DNA from: Eledone cirrhosa
Taxonomy: Eukaryota
Assembly (NCBI GenBank): GCA_964016885.1
Contig: OZ024766.1
Location: forward strand, 3,534,001-3,598,000
Direction: 5' to 3'
Length of the DNA: 64,000 nucleotides
Part shown: positions 14,701-29,700 of the stretch, one piece after another
Layout: each line of letters opens with the position of its first letter
How positions within the stretch are numbered: the stretch's first letter is position 1
Notes under the pieces: generated by a model
What the model was told of the DNA's origin: nothing
Databases searched by the model: none
Seen by the model: the letters and a program-made list of their open reading frames with translations, nothing else
Position numbers and translations under genes: made by a program

Positions 14701-17700
14701 AACTTAACAGAGGTTTTTAGATAAATATAAACACTTTAAAAGCACACAGTTGTGTATCAGAGGAGAAGGGGTTGTTGGGGGTGTTTTATTGGGGTGCAAA
14801 GGGGTTCACATTGTTGTATTAAATGGCCCCTTTTATTGTCATCTCTTCTGTTTTACAGGATCCCTACGGATGGCTGACCAATCTTATAAACAGGGTAAAT
14901 ATCTTGCTATCACTTCGAACTCCCAGACATTCACTGAAGTAACTTGTTGTGACACCTACATGACCACTTTACAGAGTGGACTGGGTGTTTTTTGTTTTTT
15001 GTTGAGACACCTACATGACCACTTTTCAGTGTGGACTGGGTACTTTTTGTCAGGACACCTACATGACCACTTTACAGTGTGGACTGGGTACTTCTTGTCA
15101 TGGCACCTACATGACCACTTTACAGTGTGTACTGGGTGTTTTTTGTTATGACACCTACATGACCACTTTACAGTGTGGACTGGGTACTTTTTTGTCGTGA
15201 CACCTACATGACCACTTTACAGTGTGGACTGGGTGCTTCTTGTCATGTCACCTACATGACCACTTTACAGTGTGGACTGGGTGCTTCTTGTCATGTCACC
15301 TACATGACCACTTTACAGTGTGGACTGGGTACTTTTTGTTGTGACACCTATATGACCACCTTACAGTGTGGACAGGGTGCTTTTTGTTGTGTCACCTACA
15401 GAACCACTTTACAGTGTGGGCTGGGTACTTTTTGTTGTGACACCTACACGACCACCTTACAGTGTGGGCTGGGTACTTTTTGTTGTGACACCTACATGAC
15501 CACTTTACAGTGTGGACTGGGTGCTTTTTGTTGTGACACCTACACGACCACTCTACAGTGTGGACTGGGTACTTTTTGTTGTGACACCTACACGACCACC
15601 TTACAGTGTGGGCTGGGTACTTTTTGTTGTGACACCTACACGACCACTTTACAGTGTGGACTGGGTACTTATTGTTGTGACACCTACACGACCACCTTAC
15701 AGTGTGGGCTGGGTACTTTTTGTTGTGACACCTACATGACCACTTTACAGTGTGGACTGGGTGCTTTTTGTTGTGACACCTACATGACCACTTTACAGTG
15801 TGGACTGGGTGCTTTTTGTTGTGACACCTACATGACCACTTTACAGAGTGGACTGGGTGTCTTTTGTTGAGACACCTACATGACCACTTTACAGTGTGGA
15901 CTGGGTGCTTTTTGTTGTGACACCTACATGACCACTTTACAGTGTGGACTGGGTGCTTTTTGTTGTGACACCTACATGACCACTTTACAGTGTGGACTGG
16001 GTGCTTTTTGTTGTGACACCTACATGACCACTTTACAGTGTGGGCTGGGTGCTTTTTGTTGTGACACCTACATGACCACTTTACAGTGTGGACTGGGTAC
16101 TTATTGTTGTGACACCTACACGACCACCTTACAGTGTGGGCTGGGTACTTTTTGTTGTGACACCTACATGACCACTTTACAGTGTGGACTGGGAGCTTTT
16201 TGTTGTGACACCTACACGACCACCTTACAGTGTGGGCTGGGTGCTTTTTGTTGTGACACCTACATGACCACTTTACAGTATGGACTGGGTACTTTTTTGT
16301 CGTGACACCTACATGACCACTTTACAGTGTGGACTGGGTGCTTTTTGTTGTGACACCTACATGACCACTTTACAGTGTGGGCTGGGTGCTTTTTGTTGTG
16401 ACACCTACACGACCACTTTACAGTGTGGACTGGGTGCTTTTTGTCGTGACACCTACATGACCACTTTACAGTGTGGACTGGGTGCTTTTTGTTGTGACAC
16501 CTACATGACCACTTTACAGTGTGGGCTGGGTGCTTTTTGTTGTGACACCTACACGACCACTTTACAGTGTGGACTGGGTACTTTTTTGTCGTGACTTCCT
16601 AGCGAGTGACTCTTTCACTACTTCTGCTTGATGTTCCAAGGGACTTGACGCTGTTCAGGAAACTTTTCCTGGATTTAAGGTAGCTTTTGGCTGGCACACG
16701 GCCAACGAGTGGGTGTTTATGATCTGTAGTCTGTGGTCGACACACTTTGTTGTATCTCTGGAGGGAGCATGTTGTTGTTGCTGTTGCTGTTGTTGTTGTT
16801 GTTGCTGCTGCTGGTGTCGGTGTCGTTGTCGTTGTTGTTGCTGTTGTTGTTCAAACTGTTTTTGTTTCTCTTCCCTATAGTTTGCCTACAAAAAAGGATT
16901 TGAGTATGTGAAGAAGCACCTGGAAAGTGATGACTTAGATGCTCCGGTGAGTGGGCTCTCGTGTAATATTTGCTGTGTATTTTTAGAGCAGACTAACCTT
17001 TCAAACCCACTAGACCAGAGGTTCTGAAACTTTTGGGGCCACCGGCCACCCCTTCACAGCCCCGAAATGCCCTCAGTGCCACCCTCACGGCCACATAATA
17101 CCCTCAGCATCCCCCTCACGGCCATGAGGGTATCCTCAGCCCTCCCCTCACAGCCATGAAGTAAATAACCTCAGCGCCTCCCTCACGGCCATGTATACCC
17201 TCAGCCCTCCCCTCACAGCCATGAAGTAAATACCCTCAGTGCCTCCCTCACGGCCATGTATACCCTCAGCCCTCCCCTCACAGCCATGAAGTAAATAACC
17301 TCAGCGCCTCCCTCAGTGTGGACTGGGAGCCTTTTTACCGTGTCTCCTACACAACCACTTTACAGTGTGGACTGGGAGCCTTTTTACTGTGTCTCCTACA
17401 CAACCACTTTACAGTGTGGACTGGGACCTTTTTACCGTGTCTCCTACACAACCACTTTACAGTGTGGACTGGGAGCCTTTTTATTGTGTCTCCTACATGA
17501 CCACTTTACAGTGTGGACTGGGAGCCTTTTTACCGTGTCTCCTACACAACCACTTTACAGTGTGGACTGGGAGCCTTTTTACCGTGTCTCCTACACAACC
17601 ACTTTACAGTGTGGACTGGGAGCCTTTTTATTGTCTCCTACATGACCACTTTACAGTGTGGACTGGGAGCCTTTTTACTGTGTCTCCTACATGACCACTT

Positions 17701-20700
17701 TACAGTGTGGACTGGGAGCCTTTTTACTGTGTCTCCTACACGACCACTTTACAGTGTGGACTGGGACCTTTTTACCGTGTCTCCTACATGACCACTTTAC
17801 AGTGTGGACTGGGAGCCTTTTTACTGTGTCTCCTACACAACCACTTTACAGTGTGGACTGGGAGCCTTTTTACCGTGTCTCCTACACAACCACTTTACAG
17901 TGTGGACTGGGAGCCTTTTTACCGTGTCTCCTACACAACCACTTTACAGTGTGGACTGGGAGCCTTTTTACTGTGTCTCCTACACAACCACTTTACAGTG
18001 TGGACTGGGACCTTTTTACCGTGTCTCCTACACAACCACTTTACAGTGTGGACTGGGACCTTTTTACCGTGTCTCCTACACAACCACTTTACAGTGTGGA
18101 CTGGGACCTTTTTACCGTGTCTCCTACACAACCACTTTACAGTGTGGACTGGGACCTTTTTACCATGTCTCCTACACAACCACTTTACATAGTGTACTGG
18201 GTGCTTTTTTCGTGACACCTACACAACGTCTTTAGTGTGAACTGGATGTTCTGTGGGGTATATTGTTATTAATAATTTAGCGTTAAAAAAATATATATTT
18301 GTTTTGCAAGGTTTTTTTTATATGAATCGTGCGTTGAAACAAATATTGTTATATTTGGGGAGGGTCATATTGTTATAATATTGCCAGAAATATATAATAA
18401 AACACACTCACTGATTGGTTTGGATTAGTTTTTGCTTCTGTATATTTTATTATATCTCCCTGGTTAATTTAGCTGGCAATCAATGTTTATCATTGATTGA
18501 CCAACGGTTAAAAATATAAATATAAATAGTCTATCAAAGTTCTTTCATCACACACTTGTGACAGCATCAGTGGTACTATTATGTTTACTCCCATTGCATT
18601 GTAATGTTTACGCCTTTTTTATATATGTATTATGTATATGTGTACAGTTACATACATTTCTATGTATATCCATATATATATAATATTCTCTCCCCTTTCT
18701 TTCGTCAACCCCCCTCCCAGTCAATGGCAGCCTTGCTCCATCCATTTGGTACCTGTGCCGATTTTTTAAACCCTACTGTGATGTTAGATATCCTGGCCCC
18801 TGGTCTTAAGAAAGCTATCAAATATGTCCAGAGTTTGGAAGAGAAAGATTTTAAGGAAAAGGTAAGCAATTCTTGATTTTATCATCTTTTTTTTTTTTTT
18901 TCGCCGATGTGAATGACCTGAAATATATCATCATCATCATCATTGTTTTAACCCTTTAGCATTTAAACCAGCCATCTCTGGCCAGAACTCTCTCACCTCT
19001 TTCTGTTCAAACCTGCTATAACTTGCCCCTCATACCTACAGTAGCCCTTTAACATTTACTCTATATATACTATTGTATTATCACAATAAAGGCTTTACCT
19101 CACATAATATCTCGCATAACATTTACATTACTCTATATATACTATTGTATTATCACAGTAAAGGCTTTACCTCACATAATATCTCACATAACATTTACAT
19201 TACTCTATATATACTATTGTATTTTCACAGTAAAGGCTTTACCTCACATAATATCTCACATAACATTTACATTACTCTATATATACTATTGTATTTTCAC
19301 AGTAAAGGCTTTACCTCACATAATATCTCACATAATTTACATTACTCTATATATACTATTGTATTGTCACAGTAAAGGCTTTACCTCACATAATATCTCA
19401 CATAACATTTACATTACTCTATATATACTATTGTATTGTCACAGTAAAGGCTTTACCTCACATAATATCTCACATAACATTTACATTACTCTATATATAC
19501 TATTGTATTGTCACAGTAAAGGCTTAACCTCCATTAATATCTCACATAACATTTACATTACTCTATATATACTATTGTATTTTCACAGTAAAGGCTTTAC
19601 CTTACATAATATCTCACATAATTTACATTACTCTATATATACTATTGTATTGTCACAGTAAAGGCTTTACCTCACATAATATCTCACATAACATTTACAT
19701 TACTCTATATATACTATTGTATTGTCACAGTAAAGGCTTTACCTCACATAATATCTCACATAACATTTACATTACTCTATATATACTATTGTATTGTCAC
19801 AGTAAAGGCTTTACCTCACATAATATCTCACATAACATTTACATTACTCTATATATACTATTGTATTGTCACAGTAAAGGCTTAACCTCCATTAATATCT
19901 CACATAACATTTACATTACTCTATATATACTATTGTATTTTCACAGTAAAGGCTTTACCTTACATAATATCTCACATAACATTTACATTACTCTATATAT
20001 ACTATTGTATTGTCACAGTAAAGGCTTTACCTCACATAATACCTCACATAACATTTACATTACTCTATATATACTATTGTATTTTCACAATTAAATAATT
20101 AATTACTTTACCTGTTCATTTTACCTGAATGTAACGACACCTCATCAATTAATTACTCCCCCCCTCACCCACCAACTATAACGAGAGCTCATGATTTACC
20201 TGTTAATTACCTGATCATTTTTCCTGAATGTAACAAGACCTTGTTAATTAATTAAATACTTTACCCGTTAATTACCTGTTCATTTTACCTGAATGTAACG
20301 AGACCTCGTTAATTAATTAAATACCTGTTCATTTAACCTGAATGTAATGAGACCTCATTAATTAAGTAAATACTTTAATTACTATATTAAATAATTTAAA
20401 TACTATAGGGCTGTGGATTGGCAGTATCGGTAGAGGGTCGGACGCCATGCTTTGCAGCATAGAGTTACGGCCCTTTATGATGTGAGTTCAAATCCCGCTG
20501 AGGTCAACTTTGCCTTTCATCCTTACGGAGTCGATAAAATAAAGTACCAGTAATGTACTGGGATAATTGCTGGCCTTGTGCCAAAAATAGAAACAATTAA
20601 TTAAATACTTTACCTGTTAATTACCTGTTCATTTTACCTGAATGTAACGAGACCTCATTAATTCAATACTTTACCTGTTAATTACCTGTTCATTTTACCT

Positions 20701-23700
20701 GAATGTAACGAGACCTCATTAATTCAATACTTTACCTGTTAATTACCTGTTCAGTTAACCTGTATGTAACGAGACCTCATTAATTCAATACTTTACCTGT
20801 TAATTACCTGTTCATTTTACCTGAATGTAACGAGACCTCATTAATTCAATACTTTACCTGTTAATTACCTGTTCAGTTAACCTGAATGTAACGAGACCTC
20901 ATCAACTAATTAATTAACCTCCTCCCTCAACTATAACGAGAATTTGCTATGTTTTACCTGTTAATTAAATACTTTACCTGCTAATTACTTACAACAGAAA
21001 GTGGGGAGTGTGTCCGAGTTACTTGCTTCAATGAAGTTGTTATGTCTGAATATGTGGCCCCAGGATGTTGAAACGAGACCTCATCAATTAATTAATTAAC
21101 CTCCTCCCTCAACTATAACGAGAATTTGCTATGTTTTACCTGTTAATTAAATACTTTACCTGCTAATTACTTACAACAGAAAGTGGGGAGTGTGTCCGAG
21201 TTACTTGCTTCAATGAAGTTATGTCTGAATATGTGGCCCCAGGATGTTGAAACGAGACCTCATCAATTAATTAATTAACCTCCTCCCTCAACTATAACGA
21301 GAATTTGCTATGTTTTACCTGTTAATTAAATACTTTACCTGCTAATTACTTACAACAGAAAGTGGGGAGTGTGTCCGAGTTACTTGCTTCAATGAAGTTG
21401 TTATGTCTGAATATGTGGCCCCAGGATGTTGAAGCTGTTGATGACCTTAGACTGGACGTGGCCCTCCGTATGCTAAAATCTCCACATTTCAACGCCAAAA
21501 TGAACTCTCTGAAAGAGGTAAGATGTTTAGCATTTTTATGTCTGTTGTTCCCTGCTTGCATGGGTTGGACGGGTCCTTTTCACTTTCCAGCACAGCATCA
21601 ACATTCCTAATACCAGGACAGCATCTCTAATACTAGCATGGGTTGGACTGGTCCTTACCAGGACAGCATCTCTAATACTAGCATGGGTTGGACTGGTCCT
21701 TACCAGGACAGCATCTCTAATACTAGCATGGGTTGGACTGGTCTTTACCAGGACAGCATCTCTAATACTAGCATGGGTTGGACTGGTCCTTACCAGGACA
21801 GCACCTCTAATACTAGCATGGGTTGGACTGGTCCTTACCAGGACAGCATCTCTAATGCAGGCATGGGTTGGACTGGTCCTTACCAGGACAGCACCTCTAA
21901 TACTAGCATGGGTTGGACTGGTCCTTACCAGGACAGCATCTCTAATACTAGCATGGGTTGGACTGGTCTTTACCAGGACAGCATCTCTAATACTAGCATG
22001 GGTTGGACTGGTCTTTACCAGGACAGCATCTCTAATACTAGCATGGGTTGGACTGGTCTTTACCAGGACAGCATCTCTAATACTAGCATGGGTTGGACTG
22101 GTCTTTACCAGGACAGCATCTCTAATACTAGCATGGGTTGGACAGCATCTCTAATACTAGCATGGGTTGGACTGGTCCTTACCAGGACAGCATCTCTAAT
22201 GCAGGCATGGGTTGGACTGGTCCTTACCAGGACAGCACCTCTAATACTAGCATGGGTTGGACTGGTCTTTACCAGGACAGCATCTCTAATACTAGCATGG
22301 GTTGGACTGGTCCTTACCAGGACAGCACCTCTAATGCAGGCATGGGTTGGACTGGTCCTTACCAGGACAGCACCTCAAATACTAGCATGGGTTGGACTGG
22401 TCCTTACCAGGACAGCATCTCTAATGCAGGCATGGGTTGGACTGGTCCTTACCAGGACAGCACCTCTAATACTAGCATGGGTTGAACTGGTCCTTACCAG
22501 GACAGCACCTCTAATGCAGGCATGGGTTGGACTGGTCCTTACCAGGACAGCATCTCTAATACTAGCATGGGTTGGACTGGTCCTTACCAGGACAGCATCT
22601 CTAATACTAGCATGGGTTGGACTGGTCCTTACCAGGACAGCATCTCTAATACTAGCATGGGTTGGACTGGTCCTTACCAGGACAGCATCTCTAATACTAG
22701 CATGGGTTGGACTGGTCCTTACCAGGACAGCATCTCTAATACTAGCATGGGTTGGACTGGTCCTTACCAGGACAGCATCTCTAATACTAGCATGGGTTGG
22801 ACTGGTCCTTACCAGGACAGCACCTCTAATGCAGGCATGGGTTGGACTGGTCCTTACCAGGACAGCACCTCTAATACTAGCATGGGTTGGACTGGTCCTT
22901 ACCAGGACAGCATCTCTAATACTAGCATGGGTTGGACTGGTCCTTACCAGGACAGCATCTCTAATACTAGCATGGGTTGGACTGGTCCTTACCAGGACAG
23001 CACCTCTAATACTAGCATGGGTTGGACTGGTCCTTACCAGGACAGCATCTCTAATACTAGCATGGGTTGGACTGGTCCTTACCAGGACAGCATCTCTAAT
23101 ACTAGCATGGGTTGGACTGGTCCTTACCAGGACAGCACCTCTAATACTAGCATGGGTTGGACTGGTCCTTACCAGGACAGCTGATAGATGGCGCCACAAT
23201 CTATAAATGTAACATAGTTATCTGCCCTTCTTCTTTCTAATTATCCAAACTGATAGATGGCACCACAGTCAGTAAATGTAACATAGTTATCTGCCCTTCT
23301 TCTTTCTAATTATCCAAACTGATAGATGGCACCACAGTCAGTAAATGTAACATAGTTATCTGCCCTTCTTCTTTCTAATTATCCAAACTGATAGATGGCA
23401 CCACAGTCAGTAAATGTAACATAGTTATCTGCCCTTCTTCTCTCTAATTATCCAAACTGATAGATGGCACCACAGTCAGTAAATGTAACATAGTTATCTG
23501 CCCTTTTCTGTAGGTATCCACGCTGATAGATGGTGCTGCAGTCAATATATGTAACACATAGTTATCTGCCCTTCTTCTCTGTAGGTATCCAAGCTGATAG
23601 ATGGCGCCACAGTCAGTAAATTAAAGACAGCCATTCACTCAGACCGGATTCTGAACTTTTTGGTTGACAAACGTGTTTTGGCCATAGCTTTGGAAGGTAA

Positions 23701-26700
23701 GTACATTTTTCTCCCCTCCTGGGGCTGTTGTGGTGGGGGTGTGTTGGTTATAGCTTTGGATGGTAAATATACCTTTCTCCCCTCCTGGGGCTGTTGTGGT
23801 GGGGGTGTGTTGGTTATAGCTTTGGATGGTAAATATACCTTTCTCCCCTCCTGGGGCTGTTGTGATGTTAGTGGTAGTGGTGGTGTGTTGACCATAGCTT
23901 TGGAAGGTAAGTACATTTTTCTCCCCTCCTGGGGCTGTTGTGGTGGGGGAGGTTGGTTATAGCTTTGGATGGTAAATATACCTTTCTCCCCTCCTGGGGC
24001 TGTTGTGATGGTTGTTGAGGTGGTGGTGGTGTTGGTTATAGCTTTGGAAGCTAAATATATCTTCTCTCCACCACCATCACCACTACTATCACCACTACCA
24101 CCATCACCACCACCACCACCATCACCAGATATGAGTCTGTTCTATGTGTGTCTCTCTCTCTCTCAGGTAATATAGACCAGGCCCAGTATTGTGATAAAGT
24201 GAAAGGCATTGTGGACTTTTTAGGGGCCAAACTCTCCCTTGACGAACTCACCATGATATGGAAGATGCAGGTCAGTGAATTTACATTCTTACTCCAGCAT
24301 GGCCTCACCATCATATATATACCTTCCATATACTGTACCGATTGTGTTGTTATTTCTGTTTACCTTTTACATACATACATACATATATACATGGTGGCTG
24401 CCAACTCGTTTTCGAGTACGGCCACTACTTTATATCCATGTAGGAGGACCCCTACCGATGCGCTGAACAAGTGTGACTTTTTAGTCCAGCCAGCGACTTG
24501 AAAACTCTGGTACAAACACTACACTTGTGACAATTACTGACACATAGTGCTGGGCCCATGGTACCATGTGACGACAAGTGCAGAGAGATCTCCAGATATA
24601 AAGCAATGCCTGTGCCGTGAAGCTTTTATAGTGAGCAAAGGCACTGCACAAAGCCAGTCCCACTCTCTTAACCAAGATGATATTTACCAAAAAGAAGAAC
24701 AAGTCAACATCATTGGATACCATCAGGGTTGTAGGTGTTATATCAGAGTTTTCCTTCTAGAATTCTGCCTTGACAAAGGCTAAGGGCTCATCTCTCCCAG
24801 TGATTTTGGATGGCCATTGACTCTTAAGAGCTCCTTTGCCCTTTGACAGGTTTTGTTTTTAGTCCTGCAGGATGTCCAAAGTCACCCTCCTCACCAAGAA
24901 ACCTTGGTGGGGTTGCCAGTTTAGTCGCCAACGACCCGACCATGAGACAGGTTGTACTGGGATACATGTTACCAGTAGCACCAACTGGTGACCTGACATA
25001 AATATATATATATACATACACACATACACATATACAAAAAACCCAAGGTTGTTATTCTGGTTATATATGTAAATTCAACAATTGTTTCTGTGGAGATACA
25101 TGCGATGCTAGTTAGTACATTTAATCAATCTATGCAACAGTTAATAATTTAAATAACATTCTCGTACAAATCCCCATTTCATGAGAACAGTAAATGTATA
25201 ATGTTGTTGTTGTTGCTCCAGAATGGCCAGTCAAACAATGTGATAGAAAACATCTACTCCATCATAGCAGCTGCAGCAGTGAAGTTTGATGCACAACAGT
25301 TAGAGCAACTCTTCTTCCTCATACAGAAGGTTGGTTGACACCTCTCACTTGCAGCTTTTCTACCGCTCCTCCCTTCTCCCTGTCAGTCTGTTTGTCTATC
25401 TGTCTATCTATGTATATCTGTCTGTGTCTCTCCCTCTCTCTCTCCCCCTCTTTCCCCCTCTCTCTCTCTGTGTATCCGTCCATCCCTCAGTCTCTCAATT
25501 GAGAGATTCTTTCCTCAGACATTCTAACCACATGTCCATAGTATTGAAGACATGCAGTCATTTTTCAAATTTTTCTTGTTACCTTCAGAAATGGCAGGAT
25601 GACAATGACAGAGTCCGCGAGAAGTTGTTAAGTCTCATTGGCAAAATTGGTAAAGATGCTCGTGTAACCAAAACGACGACACGGGTGAGTGATTTATATA
25701 TATGAATGTATGTAATGGAGGCACATGGCTTAGTGGTTAGAGCATTGGCCTTGCAATCGAAAGGTTGTGAGTTCAATTCTCAGACCGGGAGATGTGTTGT
25801 TTCCTTGAGCAAGACACTTTATTTCACATTGCTCCAGTTTACTCAGCTGTAGAAATGAGATGATAGGGACTGGGGTCCCTATCATTCCACTGCAAAGTGG
25901 TCGTGGAGGTGCCACGGCAAAAAAGCACCCAGCACTCACTGTAACTGAGGTTGGTGTTAGGAAGGGCATCCAGCTGTAGAGATCAAGCCAAAATCAGTTC
26001 CTGTGTGAGCAAGACAAGGTCAGCCGACCGGACACTGCTCACAACAGGACAACCCGTCTAACCCATGCTGGCGTGGAAGAACGGACGTAAAACAGTAATG
26101 ATGATGATGATATATATATATACACACCAGCACCACCACTGCTACTACCACCACCACCACTACCGCCACCACCACCACTACCTCCACCACCACTACACAC
26201 CACTACCACTACTACACACCACCACCACTACACACCACCACCACCACTACACACCACCACTACACACCACTACACACTACACACCACCACTACCACCACC
26301 ACTACCACCACCACTACACCACCACTACCACCACCACCACACACCACCACCATCACCACACCACTACAACCTAACATACGGCACCTATCAAAGCCCTTCA
26401 CTAATGCTATTAATGTTGTTTTCCAGGTGTTGGAGTTGTTATGGGACCTGTCCCATCTGCCTGCCCTCTCCACCCACCTTATAGAGCAAGCCCTTAACGA
26501 GCACCTACTCATCCTCAGTGATTCCTACATCGTTAAGGAACAGGTGAAACGACACTATGTCATGAAATGTGTTGAAGACATCAAGAAGGTAAGTTGAGGT
26601 GTTTTACAAATAGGCTATGTAGCCGGTAAACGCTGCAGGGACGCCACACACATCGCTATAGCGTTTCACCAGCCCCTTCTGTCGTCTGTATCTGCCTATG

Positions 26701-29700
26701 TAGCCGGTAAACCCTGCAGGGACGCCACACACATCGCTACAGCGTTTCACCAGCCTCTTCTGCTGTCTATGTAGCCGGTAAACCCTGCAGGGAAGCCACA
26801 CACATCGCTACAGCGTTTCACCAGCCCCTTCTGTCGTCTGTATCTGTCTATGTAGCCGGTAAACCCTGCAGGGACGCCACACACATCGCTACAGCGTTTC
26901 ACCAGCCCCTTCTGTCGTCTGTATCTGTCTATGTAGCCGGTAAACCCTGCAGGGAAGCCACACACATCGCTATAGCGTTTCACCAGCCCCTTCTGCTGTC
27001 TGTATCTGTCTATGTAGCCGGTAAACCCTGCAGGGACGCCACACACGTCGCTACAGCGTTTCACCAGCCCCTTCTGTCTATGTAGCCGGTAAACCCTGCA
27101 GGGACGCCACACACATCGCTACAGCGTTTCACCAGCCCCTTCTGTCGTCTGTATCTGTCTATGTAGCCGGTAAACCCTGCAGGGACGCCACACACGTCGC
27201 TATAGCGTTTCACCAGCCCCTTCTGCTGTCTGTATTTGTCTATGTAGCCGGGAAACCCTAAAGGGACGCCACACACATCGCTACAGCGTTTCACCAGCCC
27301 CTTCTGCTGTCTGTATTTGTCTATATAGCCGGTAAACCCTGCAGGGACGCCACACACGTCGCTACAGCGTTTCACCAGCCCCTTCTGCTGTCTGTATTTG
27401 TCTATGTAGCCGGTAAACCCTGCAGGGACGCAACACACATCGCTACAGCGTTTCACCAGCCCCTTCTGCTGTCTGTATCTGCCTATGTAGCCGGTAAACC
27501 CTGCAGGGACGCCACACACGTCGCTATAGCGTTTCACCAGCCCCTTCTGTTGTCTGTATCTGTCTATGTAGCCGGTAAACCCTGCAGGGACGCCACACAC
27601 GTCGCTATAGCGTTTCACCAGCCCCTTCTGTTGTCTGTATCTGTCTATGTAGCCGGTAAACCCTGCAGGGACGCCACACACGTCGCTACAGCGTTTCACC
27701 AGCCCCTTCTGTCGTCTGTATCTGTCTATGTAGCCGGTAAACCCTGCAGGGACGCCACACACATCGCTACAGCGTTTCACCAGCCCCTTTTGTCGTCTGT
27801 ATCTGTCTATGTAGCCGGTAAACCCTGCAGGAAAGCCACACACGTCGCTACAGCGTTTCACCAGCCCCTTCTGTCGTCTGTATCTGTCTATGTAGCCGGT
27901 AAACCCTGCAGGGACGCCACACACATCGCTACAGCGTTTCACCAGCCCCTTTTGTCGTCTGTATCTGTCTATGTAGCCGGTAAACCCTGCAGGGACGCCA
28001 CACACATCGCTATAGCGTTTCACCAGCCCCTTCTGCTGTCTGTATCTGTCTATGTAACCGGTAAACCCTGCAGGGAAGCCACACACATCGCTATAGCGTT
28101 TCACCAGCCCCTTCTGCTGTCTATGTAACCGGTAAACCCTGCAGGGAAGCCACACACATCGCTATAACGTTTCACCAGCCCCTTCTGCTGTCTGTATCTG
28201 TCTATGTAGCCGGTAAACCCTGCAGCGACGCCACACACATCGCTACAGCGTTTCACCAGCCCCTTCTGTCGTCTGTATCTGCCTATTTAGCCGGGAAACC
28301 CTAAAGGGGCGCCACACACATCGCTATAGCGTTTCACCAGCCCCTTCTGCTCTCTGTATCTGTCTATGTAGCCGGTAAACCCTGCAGGGACGCCACACAC
28401 GTCGCTATAGCGTTTCACCAGCCTCTTCTGTCGTCTGTATCTGTCTATGTAGCCGGTAAACCCTGCAGGGACGCCACACACATCGCTACAGCGTTTCACC
28501 AGCCCCTTCTGCCGTCTGTATCTGTCTATGTAGCCGGTAAACCCTGCAGGGACGCCACACACGTCGCTACAGCGTTTCACCAGCCCCTTCTGTCATCTGT
28601 ATCTGCCTATGTAGCCGGTAAACCCTGCAGGGACGCCACACACATCGCTACAGCGTTTCACCAGCCTCTTCTGCTGTCTGTATCTGTCTATGTAGCCGGT
28701 AAACCCTGCAGGGACGCCACACACATCGCTATAGCGTTTCACCAGCCCCTTCTGTTGTCAGTATCTGCCTATGTAGCCGGTAAACCCTGCAGGGATGCCA
28801 CACACATCGCTACAGCGTTTCACCAGCCCCTTCTGTCGTCTGTATCTGTCTATGTAGCCGGGAAACCCTAAAGGGGCGCCACACACATCGCTACAGCGTT
28901 TCACCAGCCCCTTCTGCTGTCTGTATTTGTCTATGTAGCCGGTAAACGCTGCAGGGACGCCACACACATCGCTACAGCGTTTCACCAGCCCCTTCTGCCC
29001 TCTGTATCTGTCTATGTAGCCGGTAAACCCTGCAGGGACGCCACACACATCGCTACAGCGTTTCACCAGCCTCTTCTGCTGTCTGTATCTGTCTATGTAG
29101 CCGGTAAACCCTGCAGGGACGCCACACACATCGCTATAGCGTTTCACCAGCCCCTTCTGTTGTCAGTATCTGCCTATGTAGCCGGTAAACCCTGCAGGGA
29201 TGCCACACACATCGCTACAGCGTTTCACCAGCCCCTTCTGTCGTCTGTATCTGTCTATGTAGCCGGGAAACCCTAAAGGGGCGCCACACACATCGCTACA
29301 GCGTTTCACCAGCCCCTTCTGCTGTCTGTATTTGTCTATGTAGCCGGTAAACGCTGCAGGGACGCCACACACATCGCTACAGCGTTTCACCAGCCCCTTC
29401 TGCTGTCTGTATTTGTCTATGTAGCCGATAAACCCTGCAGGGAAGCCACACACATCGCTACAGCGTTTCACCAGCCCCTTCTGCTGTCTGTATTTGTCTA
29501 TATAGCCGGTAAACCCTGCAGGGACGCCACACACGTCGCTACAGCGTTTCAGCAACCCCTTCTGTCGTCTGTATCTGTCTATATAGCCGGTAAACCCTGC
29601 AGGGACGCCACACACATCGCTACAGCGTTTCACCAGCCCCTTCTGCCGTCTGTATCTGTCTATGTAGCCGGTAAACCCTGCAGGGACGCCACACACATCG

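Noticed and set aside
15175-16594. Cys-rich metallothionein- or keratin-like ORFs
   Set aside because: Translation of the 48-bp SINE-derived array, broken by frameshifts.
20998-21251. Mutually exclusive exon cluster (Dscam-like)
   Set aside because: The copies contain only the 5' half of exon 8, lack donors and run into a stop.
21638-23206. 522-aa repetitive ORF
   Set aside because: 45-bp satellite translation with an internal frame switch; intronic.
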